A stretch of 27,373 bases of DNA. Source: a virus. Taxonomy: Duplodnaviria > Caudoviricetes. Location: IMG/VR virus record IMGVR_UViG_3300016265_000701, positions 1-27,373 of that record; one strand, given 5' to 3'. Made by a program: the position numbers and the translations under genes. Below are positions 6,742 through 15,698 of this stretch, one piece after another; position 1 is the stretch's first letter; each line of letters begins with the position of its first letter. The notes below the pieces were generated by a model that was not told the origin of the DNA, did not search any database, and saw only the letters and a list, made by a program, of their open reading frames with translations.

Positions 6742-7907
6742 CAGCGAAGCCCCAGCGGATCTACATCGCCGCCCGATGGCATGGCCGACTCATTGAATAA
6801 CGGCTCAGGCGCACCCTGCCGAAGTTTCGAGCGAACAATCGCGTCAATGTTCTGCAATTTCTTCGTCCGCGCCATCGGCGTGTCCGTCCGCTTTGGAATC
6901 ATCTCAAGCAGCAATTCCTGGTCCTTGTCCGTAAAGACGCCCTCGCCCGCCGTCCTGAACAGGTCTTTAAGCACCGGGGCCATTGCCGCAATCGCGCCTT
7001 CCGCCACCTGTGCGCCCGTGGAGAACGCGGGCAGCCTGCCCACCAGCGGGCCGGTTGCGGCGCTGTCCAAGCCCTCCACCAGTCCAGTGATGGCGGTCTC
7101 GTATGTCCTGAAGCTATCGTTGAATCGCCGCTGGTCAGCGTCGCGCTTCGTTGTGGCTTCAACCCCAGCCTGCGCCCCGGCAGTAGCCGCCGCCTGCGCG
7201 GCTTTCACGTCAGGGGAGGCCAACAGACGCGCCGTTTCCGCCGTCATGTCCTGTCCGCGAATCGCTGTCCCCTGCGTAATGTCTTGCCCGCGCAGCGTGA
7301 TGTCCTGCCCGCGAAGGGTGGTCGACTGCGTCAAATCCTGCCCTCTGCGCGTCGTCTGGTCGCGCATGACGGCGTCCGGGCTGGCGGACTTCTCAAATTC
7401 GGAAACGGTAGTTGTCTCGCCCGTCACTGGATCAAACGCACCCACCACATGCCTGCCGCCCGCGTCAATGTTGACCGGCTTCTTCTCAACTACGTTAAAA
7501 ATGCGCTCCATCACCTTGGGCGGAATATTCAGACCAAGCGCAGACATTGCCAGCGCCTGATTCATCGACGGCCCAGAACCACCAGCCTCGCCCGTGCCGG
7601 CCATGCCTTTCGACAGCGCCTCCGCGTACCGTTTCGCCAAATCCGCCCGCTGCTCGTCAACTCTGCTCTGTGAGCGGTTTGCGATGAGAGCCATGCCGAG
7701 CTTTTCAAACGGCTTGATTTGATTGTTCGGGATGGCCCACCCGCCAACCGTCTGCGTGCCGGTGTCGTTCGGCTGAACGGCCTGCGCCAGCAGGAGGTCG
7801 GCCAACTGCTGGCGACGGTCAAGCCTGCGCTGGTCCTGCGCAACGTCGGGCGCAAGAAAGTCCAGTGCGCTTGCCCCGGCGGTTTTTGAAGTGAACGGAT
7901 TCGCCAT
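6741..7907 (-). CDS. DNA ejection protein (P22 gp20-like)
   Basis: 388 aa; RGQD(L/I/M)T repeats; gene order. Confidence 0.75.
   Translation of the reverse strand: MANPFTSKTAGASALDFLAPDVAQDQRRLDRRQQLADLLLAQAVQPNDTGTQTVGGWAIPNNQIKPFEKLGMALIANRSQSRVDEQRADLAKRYAEALSKGMAGTGEAGGSGPSMNQALAMSALGLNIPPKVMERIFNVVEKKPVNIDAGGRHVVGAFDPVTGETTTVSEFEKSASPDAVMRDQTTRRGQDLTQSTTLRGQDITLRGQDITQGTAIRGQDMTAETARLLASPDVKAAQAAATAGAQAGVEATTKRDADQRRFNDSFRTYETAITGLVEGLDSAATGPLVGRLPAFSTGAQVAEGAIAAMAPVLKDLFRTAGEGVFTDKDQELLLEMIPKRTDTPMARTKKLQNIDAIVRSKLRQGAPEPLFNESAMPSGGDVDPLGLR
7242..7347 (-). repeat. Four RGQD(L/I/M)T peptide repeats
   Basis: RRGQDLTQSTTLRGQDITLRGQDITQGTAIRGQDMT; spacing 11, 7 and 11 aa; synonymous divergence at the DNA level. 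Boundaries approximate. Confidence 0.85.
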
Positions 7908-7910
7908 GAT

Positions 7911-8777
7911 TTACCTCCCCATGAGGGCGGCGGCAGTGAGGTTCACGCCCGCCGAGCCAATCGGGCCAAGCCACCCGCCGTTGGCGTTATATGCGCCCGT
8001 CTGCGCGTTATAGACGCCCTGGTTGTACTGGCCCTGCAAGCCGGCAGCGCCGAGCAAATCAGCCCCCGGCGCGGTGGCCTGCTGCGCGTATGCCTGAAAC
8101 GCGGGATTCGTCACCTGCGAACCTGTTCTGACAGCGTTAAGGATGTTGATGGGCCTGTCCTGCAGTGCGCCCAGAAGGCCCAACTGCTGCGTCTGCGCAC
8201 GCATGCCGGTGTCGATGCCCGCAAGGGCCGCCTGCATGCGGGCGTCGTTTTCTTGCCGTTCCTGAAGGCGCAGGGCGTTATCGTAGGCTTCCGAGCCCTG
8301 CATGATTCCCTGATTCGCGAGGCGCGTTTCCAACTGATTCCGAGCCATCTCAAGGTCTGGCCTCATTCGCGCCATGATGGCGTCCTGCGCCGTCTGGCCG
8401 GGGTTAATCATCGACGCGGGAAGGTCCGCTGCGGTGATGTTTTTACCTAACGCCTGACGGACGTAATCGAGGCCCTGATTCTGCAATCCCGCAAGGCCGA
8501 GGGAAGTCTGGTTCTGCGCGTTGAGTAACTTCTGCTGCTCAGGCGCAAGGCTGAGTGTCTGCGTCCATCCGTTATCCGGGTCGGTGCCCGTCTTGGTGTA
8601 TGTCAGGGAACCGTAGGGCGTAATCTGGTTGATGCGGTTCGCCGCCGCAGCCGCTCGCGTGTTCTCAAGATTGCCCATCGCCGTCTGCTGAGCCGCAGCG
8701 GCGTAGTTCGGGGCCGGCGGGGGACTGGGCGCGTCCTTGAAGTACACGCCGATTCTGCGAGCGAATAGATTTCTCAT
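7911..8777 (-). CDS. Small DNA ejection / pilot protein (P22 gp7-like position)
   Basis: 288 aa, Gln/Ala-rich, PPPAPNY...NRINQITPYGSLTY; hydrophobic Gly-rich C-terminus. Confidence 0.72.
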   Translation of the reverse strand: MRNLFARRIGVYFKDAPSPPPAPNYAAAAQQTAMGNLENTRAAAAANRINQITPYGSLTYTKTGTDPDNGWTQTLSLAPEQQKLLNAQNQTSLGLAGLQNQGLDYVRQALGKNITAADLPASMINPGQTAQDAIMARMRPDLEMARNQLETRLANQGIMQGSEAYDNALRLQERQENDARMQAALAGIDTGMRAQTQQLGLLGALQDRPINILNAVRTGSQVTNPAFQAYAQQATAPGADLLGAAGLQGQYNQGVYNAQTGAYNANGGWLGPIGSAGVNLTAAALMGR

Positions 8778-8780
8778 GTA

Positions 8781-9182
8781 TCACCTTATCCAGCGGCAAT
8801 CGTCGCGCCGCATGACGTAAACCAACAGGTCGCCCGTGGGATGCGCCCCGACGAGGCGCGTTTCCAGTTTGAAGCCGATGTGTTCATCGAACCGGCGTGC
8901 TTCCGCGTTCCCTTCACCCACCAGTCCGGTGATGCGGCTCACTTCGCAGACGTTGAAGGGGTAATCGAAAGCCACGCGGAGGAAGTCGCGAGTCATCCAG
9001 CGTTTTGAACCGTCACTGGCAACGTGCATGCAGATGTTCGGGCCGTTGTATTCGTTGTACACAACCCCGGCGACAAGCTTGTCGTCCTTGGCCCAACCAA
9101 TCCCCTGCGCCGCCCCGAAGTTGCCGTGTTCGTTGACTCGTTTAGCCACCCACTCGACAACCTCAGGCCCGACTACCAGCAC
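8781..9182 (-). CDS. GNAT-fold acetyltransferase-like morphogenesis protein
   Basis: FDYPFNVCEVSRITGLVGEGNAEARRFDEHIGFKLE, RimJ/GNAT-like; lies between nozzle and ejection genes. Confidence 0.8.
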   Translation of the reverse strand: MLVVGPEVVEWVAKRVNEHGNFGAAQGIGWAKDDKLVAGVVYNEYNGPNICMHVASDGSKRWMTRDFLRVAFDYPFNVCEVSRITGLVGEGNAEARRFDEHIGFKLETRLVGAHPTGDLLVYVMRRDDCRWIR

Positions 9183-10718
9183 CTATAGAACCCCGGCGTC
9201 CTCTAGCAGGTAATCGGTCGAAATCCAGCGCACATTTTCGTTGCGCGTCGTCCCTTTCAGGTAAGCGGCGAAGGAGTAGCCCATCGCAAACGCGGTTTGC
9301 CAGTCACGCTTGATTTCAAGAGAGCCGCCCCAGGTTGCCGTTCCCCAAGTCCCAGTGCCCCAAATCCCTGCGGCGGTTCCCGAATAGGACAGAAGTCCCG
9401 TAGGAGCAGACTGGTCGTAATCCGCGTTAACGCCCAACAGGATTGCGGGCGCGCCGTCGGTGGTGATGATTGGGCGGGCCATCTTGATTTGCTTCAACTG
9501 AACTCCGCCGTGAGACGAAAACGCCTGCAGCCCGGAGAACTGAATGTCCGCCGTGCCGTCCTTGTTCCCCACCCACGCCTGATTCACGACGCCGTTACCG
9601 CCGAAGTACAGATTGTCGTTATGCCGCTCCCAACAGGCCGCATCCCATCCCGTGAAACGCGCCCACGAACCCGTAATGGTGTTCATGGCGAGCTGAACGG
9701 CATTCGGGCCGGTGCCGGTTGGGACGTTAATCAGGAGGATGTTGTCGGACGGGTACAGAATCGTCTGCCAGCCGTCGATCGAGCCGTATGCGCTCGTATA
9801 GTCCGACACGGCGGTTTGGATCTTCGCCGTCACCCGGACGTTCGTGGTTTCTCCGACGGTCGTCAGGGCCTTGGACAGCGGCGTTAATCCATCCGCCCCG
9901 AGGTACATCACATCGCCGCCATATTTCACGAAGCAGCGGCGGCCGAGCGGCTTGCCTAACTGGTAGACGCCGACAAGTGCCCACGACGTAGAGGCGGACG
10001 GGTCAGTCCCCTGATACACCGCGACTTCGCCTTCTGAAGTCACGAACACGGCGTAATCGTCCATGCCGAAGCCGACATCGAGCGACCATGTGGTCATCGC
10101 CATCAGGTAGCCGCCGCGATTGAACAGGCCCGAGAAATCAATGGCCGAGGCAGCGCCCGCCACGGAGTTCACCGGCAGATACCAGACTTTCAACGTGTTT
10201 TTTTCAACGAACCACAGGCGTTCCTTGAACACGTTGCAGTGAATCAGGTTCGCCGGGGTTGCGCCGGTAATCGCAGGCGTGGCCCATACCGTGCCGTTGA
10301 AGTGCCGGACTGCATCCGCGCCGTTCGCAATGACGAGGAAATTCCCGCCACTGGTGCCCATCATGCAGTGCTGCCAGCGGTCACTTGTCAGGCCGGTGAG
10401 GGACGACACGGCGGTCGTGCCGTTGACGTTATAGATGGCAGTTCCTGCGGCCGCAAACAGCGTAGGAGAGCCGGACGGCGGGTTGTAGCTCATCAGGGAG
10501 TTCACAGAACCCGTCATTCCCCCGCCGGATGACTGCAGGACATAGCCCAATCGCACGCGCACGTCGTTCGCCGTGGGGAACATGTTGTCCAAAACCACGG
10601 CGTCGCGCTTATCCATCTGGGCTAGGGAGTCGCGGGCGTTCCACCCTCCCACGGGCGCAGGGACGGAAACCGTCCTTGCTACCTGGGCGCGATTGAACCG
10701 GCGAGCGGCTACCCTCAC
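9183..10718 (-). CDS. Tail nozzle / packaged-DNA stabilization protein (beta-propeller, 511 aa)
   Basis: Start moved to GTG 10718 (GTGA overlap with the adaptor stop); SVPAPVGGWNARDSLAQM N-terminus; beta-rich; gene order. Confidence 0.8.
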   Translation of the reverse strand: MRVAARRFNRAQVARTVSVPAPVGGWNARDSLAQMDKRDAVVLDNMFPTANDVRVRLGYVLQSSGGGMTGSVNSLMSYNPPSGSPTLFAAAGTAIYNVNGTTAVSSLTGLTSDRWQHCMMGTSGGNFLVIANGADAVRHFNGTVWATPAITGATPANLIHCNVFKERLWFVEKNTLKVWYLPVNSVAGAASAIDFSGLFNRGGYLMAMTTWSLDVGFGMDDYAVFVTSEGEVAVYQGTDPSASTSWALVGVYQLGKPLGRRCFVKYGGDVMYLGADGLTPLSKALTTVGETTNVRVTAKIQTAVSDYTSAYGSIDGWQTILYPSDNILLINVPTGTGPNAVQLAMNTITGSWARFTGWDAACWERHNDNLYFGGNGVVNQAWVGNKDGTADIQFSGLQAFSSHGGVQLKQIKMARPIITTDGAPAILLGVNADYDQSAPTGLLSYSGTAAGIWGTGTWGTATWGGSLEIKRDWQTAFAMGYSFAAYLKGTTRNENVRWISTDYLLEDAGVL

Positions 10719-11419
10719 GGCGTCCACGACCCGGACGGCACGACGACCAAGGGCACCACGTCGTACATGGCACCCGACATGCTGATAGTAGCCTTGCCCG
10801 CGTCGCGATTGGAGGCGTCCGCCAGGGCGGTTTCGTACTTGTTGAAATCTTCCGCGTACGACAAGCCTTTCGCCGCCTTCCAGCGCCATACCATGCCGAG
10901 CATCATCAAACGGTCATCGAGGAAGGTGGAATCGCCGTCATTCGTGAATACTTCGGACGGCGTGCTGGCGGTCGACACCCATCGGCGGTCGATGTACTCG
11001 AACACACATGTCTGCCCCGCAGCAGGGACGGGGTAGAAGTTCAGAACATCAGCGATGATTCGGAACCGATTGAACGGGCCGGCAATCTGGATGGCCTTCT
11101 GCTGCTCCCAGTTCTGCGGGGTGTCGGGGCCGTAAACCGGGCGACGAAGGTCGCGATTCCAGATGGTGTTGTTGATGATGTAGGAGTAACCGGGGGCGAT
11201 GGTGGACATAGCCCCCTGCACTTCCGCCGCGACGGTCGTAAACGTCGCGATGCGCTGCAGCTTCTGCCACGGATACCGATTGGCCTGCTCCTGCCCCTCC
11301 TCGTTCGCGATTTCGAGTAACTGGAGGATTTGCGGGTCAGTCGAGGTAAACGCGGCGTTCGGTGATGTCGTGATGCCTACACGGCGACATACCGATTGCA
11401 CAAGCTGCAGCAGGGTCAT
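10715..11419 (-). CDS. Head-tail adaptor
   Basis: MTLLQLVQSVCRRVGI...YPWQKL...LMMLGMVWRWKAAKGLSYAEDF; precedes the nozzle. Confidence 0.78.
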   Translation of the reverse strand: MTLLQLVQSVCRRVGITTSPNAAFTSTDPQILQLLEIANEEGQEQANRYPWQKLQRIATFTTVAAEVQGAMSTIAPGYSYIINNTIWNRDLRRPVYGPDTPQNWEQQKAIQIAGPFNRFRIIADVLNFYPVPAAGQTCVFEYIDRRWVSTASTPSEVFTNDGDSTFLDDRLMMLGMVWRWKAAKGLSYAEDFNKYETALADASNRDAGKATISMSGAMYDVVPLVVVPSGSWTP

Positions 11420-12027
11420 TAAGCGGCTTCCTCAACCTTCGGCGGGCGGCCACGTCGCGGGGTTTCTTCCAGTGCGTTCAGGCGGGCTTCGAGCCGGTCC
11501 ACCATGTCAGCCAGTCGGCGGTTCTCTTCCTTCGCTTCTGCGAGTTCTTGCACCACCGGGGACAAATCCTTTTTCGCCTGCAGTTCCGCTTTTGCCTTGT
11601 CGCGGAGATAACGCCCGTCGAGGCCGATTTCGCCCAGCGAGGCATCGGGAACGGCGGCCAAGTCCTCCAACGTCGGAAAACGGCTCGCCAACTGCTCCCT
11701 GCGGGACTTCAGAATGCGCTCCCACGTCAGAAGCGGAGTGCCTTCACGAGGCAGTGCGCGGCCGTTGCGGAAGTCGGCAAGCCCCGCCTTGAACTGCGCC
11801 ACCCATTCGTGCGAATAACGCCCTTCCCGCGCCTCCCTGCCCTTGCGCTCGATGAACTCGTCCGCAAAGAACTCCATCGGGTCACCCCGATGCCCGTGCG
11901 GCGTAATCTGGATGAACGTCGCCATTTTCGGCACGTCATAGCCGGCCTCGGCGGATTTTTCCGCATCGACGCCGTGCTCGCGCTCGATGAAGTTGAAGTA
12001 GGGAACCCGGTCAATCTGATTCAGCAT
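11419..12027 (-). CDS. Phage protein with HhH-like segment, coiled coil and AT-hook-like RRGRPPK tail (202 aa)
   Basis: Start moved to ATG 12027 (GGAGAG RBS, downstream of the terminator); TLEDLAAVPDASLGEIG. Confidence 0.75.
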   Translation of the reverse strand: MLNQIDRVPYFNFIEREHGVDAEKSAEAGYDVPKMATFIQITPHGHRGDPMEFFADEFIERKGREAREGRYSHEWVAQFKAGLADFRNGRALPREGTPLLTWERILKSRREQLASRFPTLEDLAAVPDASLGEIGLDGRYLRDKAKAELQAKKDLSPVVQELAEAKEENRRLADMVDRLEARLNALEETPRRGRPPKVEEAA

Positions 12028-12075
12028 GTGTCTCTCCAAGCGGTTGCGCTTTGTTTTGCCCACTGCGTAGCGGGC

Positions 12076-12104
12076 AAAAGAAAGCGCCCCGGCGAACCGG
12101 GGCG
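12076..12104 (-). terminator. Intrinsic terminator after the capsid and decoration genes
   Basis: CGCCCCGG-UUCG-CCGGGGCG followed by CUUUCUUUU. Confidence 0.85.
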
Positions 12105-12119
12105 AGGGAACGGGAGGTC

Positions 12120-12848
12120 TTAGGTAATCGCGCCCTGCATGTGCGGGTTGTTCAGCACGCCGAGACCGAAACCCGTGAAGGTGCCGGTGACGGTGACGAG
12201 GCCCGTGGCAGTCGCCGTGCGGTCGAAGGTGCCGATAGCCGAACCCATGTAGATGGTCTTGCCATCTGGGTCCAAACCAGCGACAACCGTCGAGCCGGGG
12301 ATGCCGGTGCCCGACAGCGCCATGCCGAGGAACGCGCCGCCGCCGAGCAACTCGTAACCCGAAGCGCGGAACAGCTTGCCGCTGCCCGACTGCGTGTTGG
12401 TGTTGGTCAGCGAGATGGTCGCGGTCGCGGACTTGCGATTGCGAACGCCAAGCGCCTGCTTGCCGGCGCTGTTGGTGCCGAGGATGCCGGCCGCCGCAAT
12501 GCCAATGGCAGCATCAGCCGCCACGGTCGCGTTAGTGCGGTAGACCGCAACGCCTTCCACCTGAACCCATCCGAAATCGCCCGAAGGCATCGGGGCAACG
12601 GCCACGCCGAAGGGGCGGCCCAGGTTGGCGGTGTTGGGGTAAAGCGTGGCCAGCATCGACTCGTCAATTTCCACGATGCTGCCCTTGAGGATGGCATCGT
12701 TGGATTTGACGTAGATGAAGGTGCCGTAGCCGTAAAACGGACATTCGGCGACCACGCGAAGGCCCAGCGGGTTGCGCTGGATGGTATCCGGCTCGAACCA
12801 GTCGTTGAACGGGTTCGCGCCGGCAAAGGGAGTAACTGGAGCAAACAT
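12120..12848 (-). CDS. Putative capsid decoration / cement protein
   Basis: Immediately after the capsid gene with a GGAGAG RBS; GTFIYVK...GVAVAPM...FGWVQVEG; Gly/Thr-rich. Confidence 0.65.
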   Translation of the reverse strand: MFAPVTPFAGANPFNDWFEPDTIQRNPLGLRVVAECPFYGYGTFIYVKSNDAILKGSIVEIDESMLATLYPNTANLGRPFGVAVAPMPSGDFGWVQVEGVAVYRTNATVAADAAIGIAAAGILGTNSAGKQALGVRNRKSATATISLTNTNTQSGSGKLFRASGYELLGGGAFLGMALSGTGIPGSTVVAGLDPDGKTIYMGSAIGTFDRTATATGLVTVTGTFTGFGLGVLNNPHMQGAIT

Positions 12849-12860
12849 TGATAGCTCTCC

Positions 12861-13751
12861 TTAAGCCTTGATAACGCCCTGCAGCGAGCGGTTGCTCACC
12901 GTGGCGTTGCCCATCCAGATGACGTTGCGAACCATCGCGTCCTGATTGATGGACTCGATTTCGTCGAGCATCGTCATGTTGGCGTCGCGGTGAACCACAA
13001 GGTCCATGTACTTCGTGTTGAGGAAGTACGCGTGGGCAGCGGGAATGCCGCCCGACGAGTCGAAAAACACGTCGCTGGTCTTGTACTTCATCGCCACCAT
13101 GCCGCCCTGACCGTTCTCGTCCGGCGCGTAGCGCTTGAGCGAAGTCTGGCTCTGCTCGTAGAACGCGAAGTAATCGTCCGACATCACGATGAGGTCCGGC
13201 ACGTCGGTGCCGCGAGTCAGGCGGATGTACAGCGGCAGCATCAGCGACTCGATGGTCGAGGCCGACGGGGTGATGCCCGCGCCGCCCTGCAGCGGGGCCG
13301 CAGCGGACTGCACGACGTTCTGCCAGAAGGCATAAGTGCTGCTATTGATACCGCCCACGGTGCCGGTGCCGGCGTCGCTGACGAGCGCCTGCAGGCCGTT
13401 GATCTGGTTCGCGGCGGTGCCGTCCGAATACAGGTCAGCCGACAGACCGTTCGCCATGCTGTTCTGCGCGTTTTTCACCTTCGCCTTGACGAAGTTGATG
13501 ATGCGCTGCTCGCCGGAGTTCACGCGCATTTCGTAGCCCGAAACGGCGATGGACACAGCAACCTGACGCCACGGGTATTCCGCAGCCGACAGCACGTCCA
13601 CGGCGCTGATGTTCAGCACATCAAAGCCGGAGTAACGCTGATAGGTGCTGTTGCTGGCGTATTCCAGCGGCTCGACAATCGAGAGGCCACCGTCCTCGAT
13701 GCGAGTCTTGCCCGCTTCCTTCAGTTTGCGGAAAAGTGCGTTGTGACGCGT
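12861..13751 (-). CDS. Major capsid protein, exon 2 (296 aa)
   Basis: TRHNALFRKLKEAGK...GGLSIVEPLEY...INGLQALV...GTVGGIN...NRSLQGVIKA. Joins exon 1 in frame to give a 331-aa protein. Confidence 0.9.
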   Translation of the reverse strand, partial: TRHNALFRKLKEAGKTRIEDGGLSIVEPLEYASNSTYQRYSGFDVLNISAVDVLSAAEYPWRQVAVSIAVSGYEMRVNSGEQRIINFVKAKVKNAQNSMANGLSADLYSDGTAANQINGLQALVSDAGTGTVGGINSSTYAFWQNVVQSAAAPLQGGAGITPSASTIESLMLPLYIRLTRGTDVPDLIVMSDDYFAFYEQSQTSLKRYAPDENGQGGMVAMKYKTSDVFFDSSGGIPAAHAYFLNTKYMDLVVHRDANMTMLDEIESINQDAMVRNVIWMGNATVSNRSLQGVIKA

Positions 13752-14511
13752 CAATTGTGTTACTGCACCGGCTCTTTATCCGGCGCTTCACTGACTTTCG
13801 CCAGTGTTCAGACTATATCATCGCCTTCTTACGCTGCTTGGTTGCGCTAATCTTCGCGCCGTGGCCTTTCGGGATGCCGCGCTGCGCTAGGCTTCGCTTC
13901 AGGTTCGCCTCGGCTGACCAACGATTCCCCACAACATTCCGCGCCGCTTCAACGCCTTTTAGCGTTGCCTCGCCGCCCAGGCCGCTAGACCTGTCGTGCG
14001 CGTTGTAGAGCTTGCCGGCGTCACGGTAGAACTCAATCCACCGCTGCTCGGCTTCGTTGTGCGCCCCGCGCTTCGGGTAGTCCGTTTCCTCAAGGACTCG
14101 CATCCGAAAAGCCTGCTCACCGTACGCCTGCCAATCCTCCGCTAGTTTCGTTGCATGGTGCTTGCCGGAGCGGCAAAGACACCGATGCTCGCGAAACCGC
14201 TTCGATAGCTTGGCGCTCGTCACGCCAACGTACGCGAAACCATTAACCTCACATTCAAGAGCGTAAATAACTGCCATTCGGGTTCCCCTCTCTGGCTTGT
14301 TGAAAGCGCCCCGCGCTCGTGGACGTTTCGCCCGTTCTGGGTTACTTCGTCTAGTCGTTGAACCTTCACCGCATTCCTGCGGCGCTTGGCTGCTGATTGC
14401 CCAATCCGCCCTGTTTTCACACCTTCACGCTTACCCTTGCGGGTTACGTTGTGGTCAGGCCGGCTTAAGGGGTTTCCAGCAATTCACGGGGTTTTAAAAC
14501 GTCTAGTGTCA
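13752..14511 (-). ncRNA. Group I self-splicing intron (760 nt) in the major capsid gene
   Basis: P1 AACGUU|..GACGUU with a U-G wobble at the 5' splice site; P3 CCCCGUG/CGCGGGG; P element AAUUGCUGGAAA; Q element AAUCAGCAG; P7 GACUA (14352-14356) / UAGUC (13811-13815); P8 CGCUUUC/GAAGGCG; P9 CACUGGC-GAAA-GUCAGUG; terminal G at 13752. Confidence 0.93.
13813..14277 (-). CDS. Intron-encoded GIY-YIG homing endonuclease (154 aa) in the P8 loop
   Basis: VIY...AYVG...KRFREH...EAEQRWI...LYN motifs, then NUMOD3-like WSAEANLKRSLAQRG and HGAKISAT; GAGGGG RBS. Confidence 0.92.
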   Translation of the reverse strand: MAVIYALECEVNGFAYVGVTSAKLSKRFREHRCLCRSGKHHATKLAEDWQAYGEQAFRMRVLEETDYPKRGAHNEAEQRWIEFYRDAGKLYNAHDRSSGLGGEATLKGVEAARNVVGNRWSAEANLKRSLAQRGIPKGHGAKISATKQRKKAMI

Positions 14512-14616
14512 AACGTTATCCGCGATTTCCTTGCGATGCGCACGGAACGTGGTGGAGACAAGCTCCGAAAACACGTTAAACGCACCGGCCGCAAAACCCT
14601 GTCCGGGTGAAGCCAT
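14512..14616 (-). CDS. Major capsid protein, exon 1 (35 aa)
   Basis: Not in ORF track. GAGGT RBS after the scaffold stop. MASPGQGFAAGAFNVFSELVSTTFRAHRKEIADNV, then an in-frame TGA that is the first intron triplet. Confidence 0.9.
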
Positions 14617-14628
14617 AGTGAGTACCTC

Positions 14629-15642
14629 TTAACCCGCCCGCAGACGTGCGAGCGTTTGCTTGATGGTGTCGTCCATTGTCTGCCCTGCGGCAGGTTCCAC
14701 CGGCACTACGCTGCTGCGCGAGCGTACATTGACGCTCGCCGCTTCTCGCGCCGCTTTCGCCGCCTTCGCCGCCTCCTCGCGCTCGCGCTGGGCCTGCTGT
14801 TGAGCAACCAGGGCACGCGTGTTGGGATTGGCGTAAACGGCCTGCGCATAGGCATCTTCAAGCGAGTTCGCGAGGCCGGCATTGAGTAATGCCGCCATGT
14901 GTTCACGCACTGCGTCGAAATGGCTATGGCTGGGGTCAGCAGCAAAACGGGCGATGTCACTGTGGAGTGACTCGTCCTCCTGCTGCCGGCCCATCATCTG
15001 TTGCTGAGTCAGGTACTGCTGTAACTGCTGTACCTGCTGCTGTAGCGCGCTCACCGTCGAGTCGACGGGGGCGGGCTGATAATTCTGCAACTGCCCGATG
15101 TCGATGCCGTATGCCTGCGCCAGTTGCGCGAGGTACTGCACCTTCTGTTCGGGCGGGCTGTAGCGGAGCTTCGCGTCCGCGTTGAGCAGTTCGGAAATGG
15201 CCTGTTCGGGAGCCACGCCCAACTGCTGCATCGTCTGCAGATGGGGCTGTATGGCCTGCCCCACCACCTGGGCGAACTGCGCCGCCGATTTGTACTGTTC
15301 AATCCCCTTGTGAAAGTCCGCCTCGCGTCGGGCGACTTCCTGCTGCACCAAGGGCGGGAGCTTCGCCCACTCCGCAGCGGCTTCCTTCTTCCACGTATTT
15401 GGCGGCGGGGCGACCGGCTCTGGCGGCTGCTCAGCAACTGGCTCAGCCTGTACTACCTCCTGCTTCGCGAACCTGCCTGCTTCATCGCGAACGCGGTTAT
15501 CGGTCGGGGTTTCGGGTGTCTCCGGGGTCGACATCTTCGCGAGGGCCTCGCGAATGGTGTCGTCCATCGACTTTTCTTCTAACTCCTCGACCTCGATTCC
15601 GGTGTCGAGAACTTCCGCGTCGAGGGTTGCCTCGTCCTGCAT
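14629..15642 (-). CDS. Capsid scaffolding protein (337 aa)
   Basis: Start moved to ATG 15642 (GGAG RBS). Acidic N-terminus, RDEAGRFA, PPNTWKKEAAAEWAKLP, Gln-rich coils; directly upstream of the capsid gene. Confidence 0.85.
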   Translation of the reverse strand: MQDEATLDAEVLDTGIEVEELEEKSMDDTIREALAKMSTPETPETPTDNRVRDEAGRFAKQEVVQAEPVAEQPPEPVAPPPNTWKKEAAAEWAKLPPLVQQEVARREADFHKGIEQYKSAAQFAQVVGQAIQPHLQTMQQLGVAPEQAISELLNADAKLRYSPPEQKVQYLAQLAQAYGIDIGQLQNYQPAPVDSTVSALQQQVQQLQQYLTQQQMMGRQQEDESLHSDIARFAADPSHSHFDAVREHMAALLNAGLANSLEDAYAQAVYANPNTRALVAQQQAQREREEAAKAAKAAREAASVNVRSRSSVVPVEPAAGQTMDDTIKQTLARLRAG

Positions 15643-15657
15643 GTTTTCTCCGGGCAT

Positions 15658-15681
15658 AAAAAAACCCGCCGAAGCGGGTTT
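15658..15681 (-). terminator. Intrinsic-terminator-like hairpin upstream of the scaffold RBS
   Basis: AAACCCGC-UUCG-GCGGG followed by U7. Confidence 0.8.
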
Positions 15682-15698
15682 GTTAGGAATGAAGCGGG

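Noticed and set aside
10719-10889. N-terminal extensions in the ORF track (also for scaffold, methyltransferase, NinG-like and Q-like genes)
   Set aside because: They overlap upstream genes or terminators; downstream starts have an RBS or stop-start coupling.
13752-13754. TTG start for a 297-aa capsid
   Set aside because: No RBS; the G is the intron's terminal G, and exon 1 supplies the N-terminus.
14220-14610. Short ORFs (66-74 aa) over the intron 5' half
   Set aside because: They overlap ribozyme core elements and capsid exon 1 and show no protein features.
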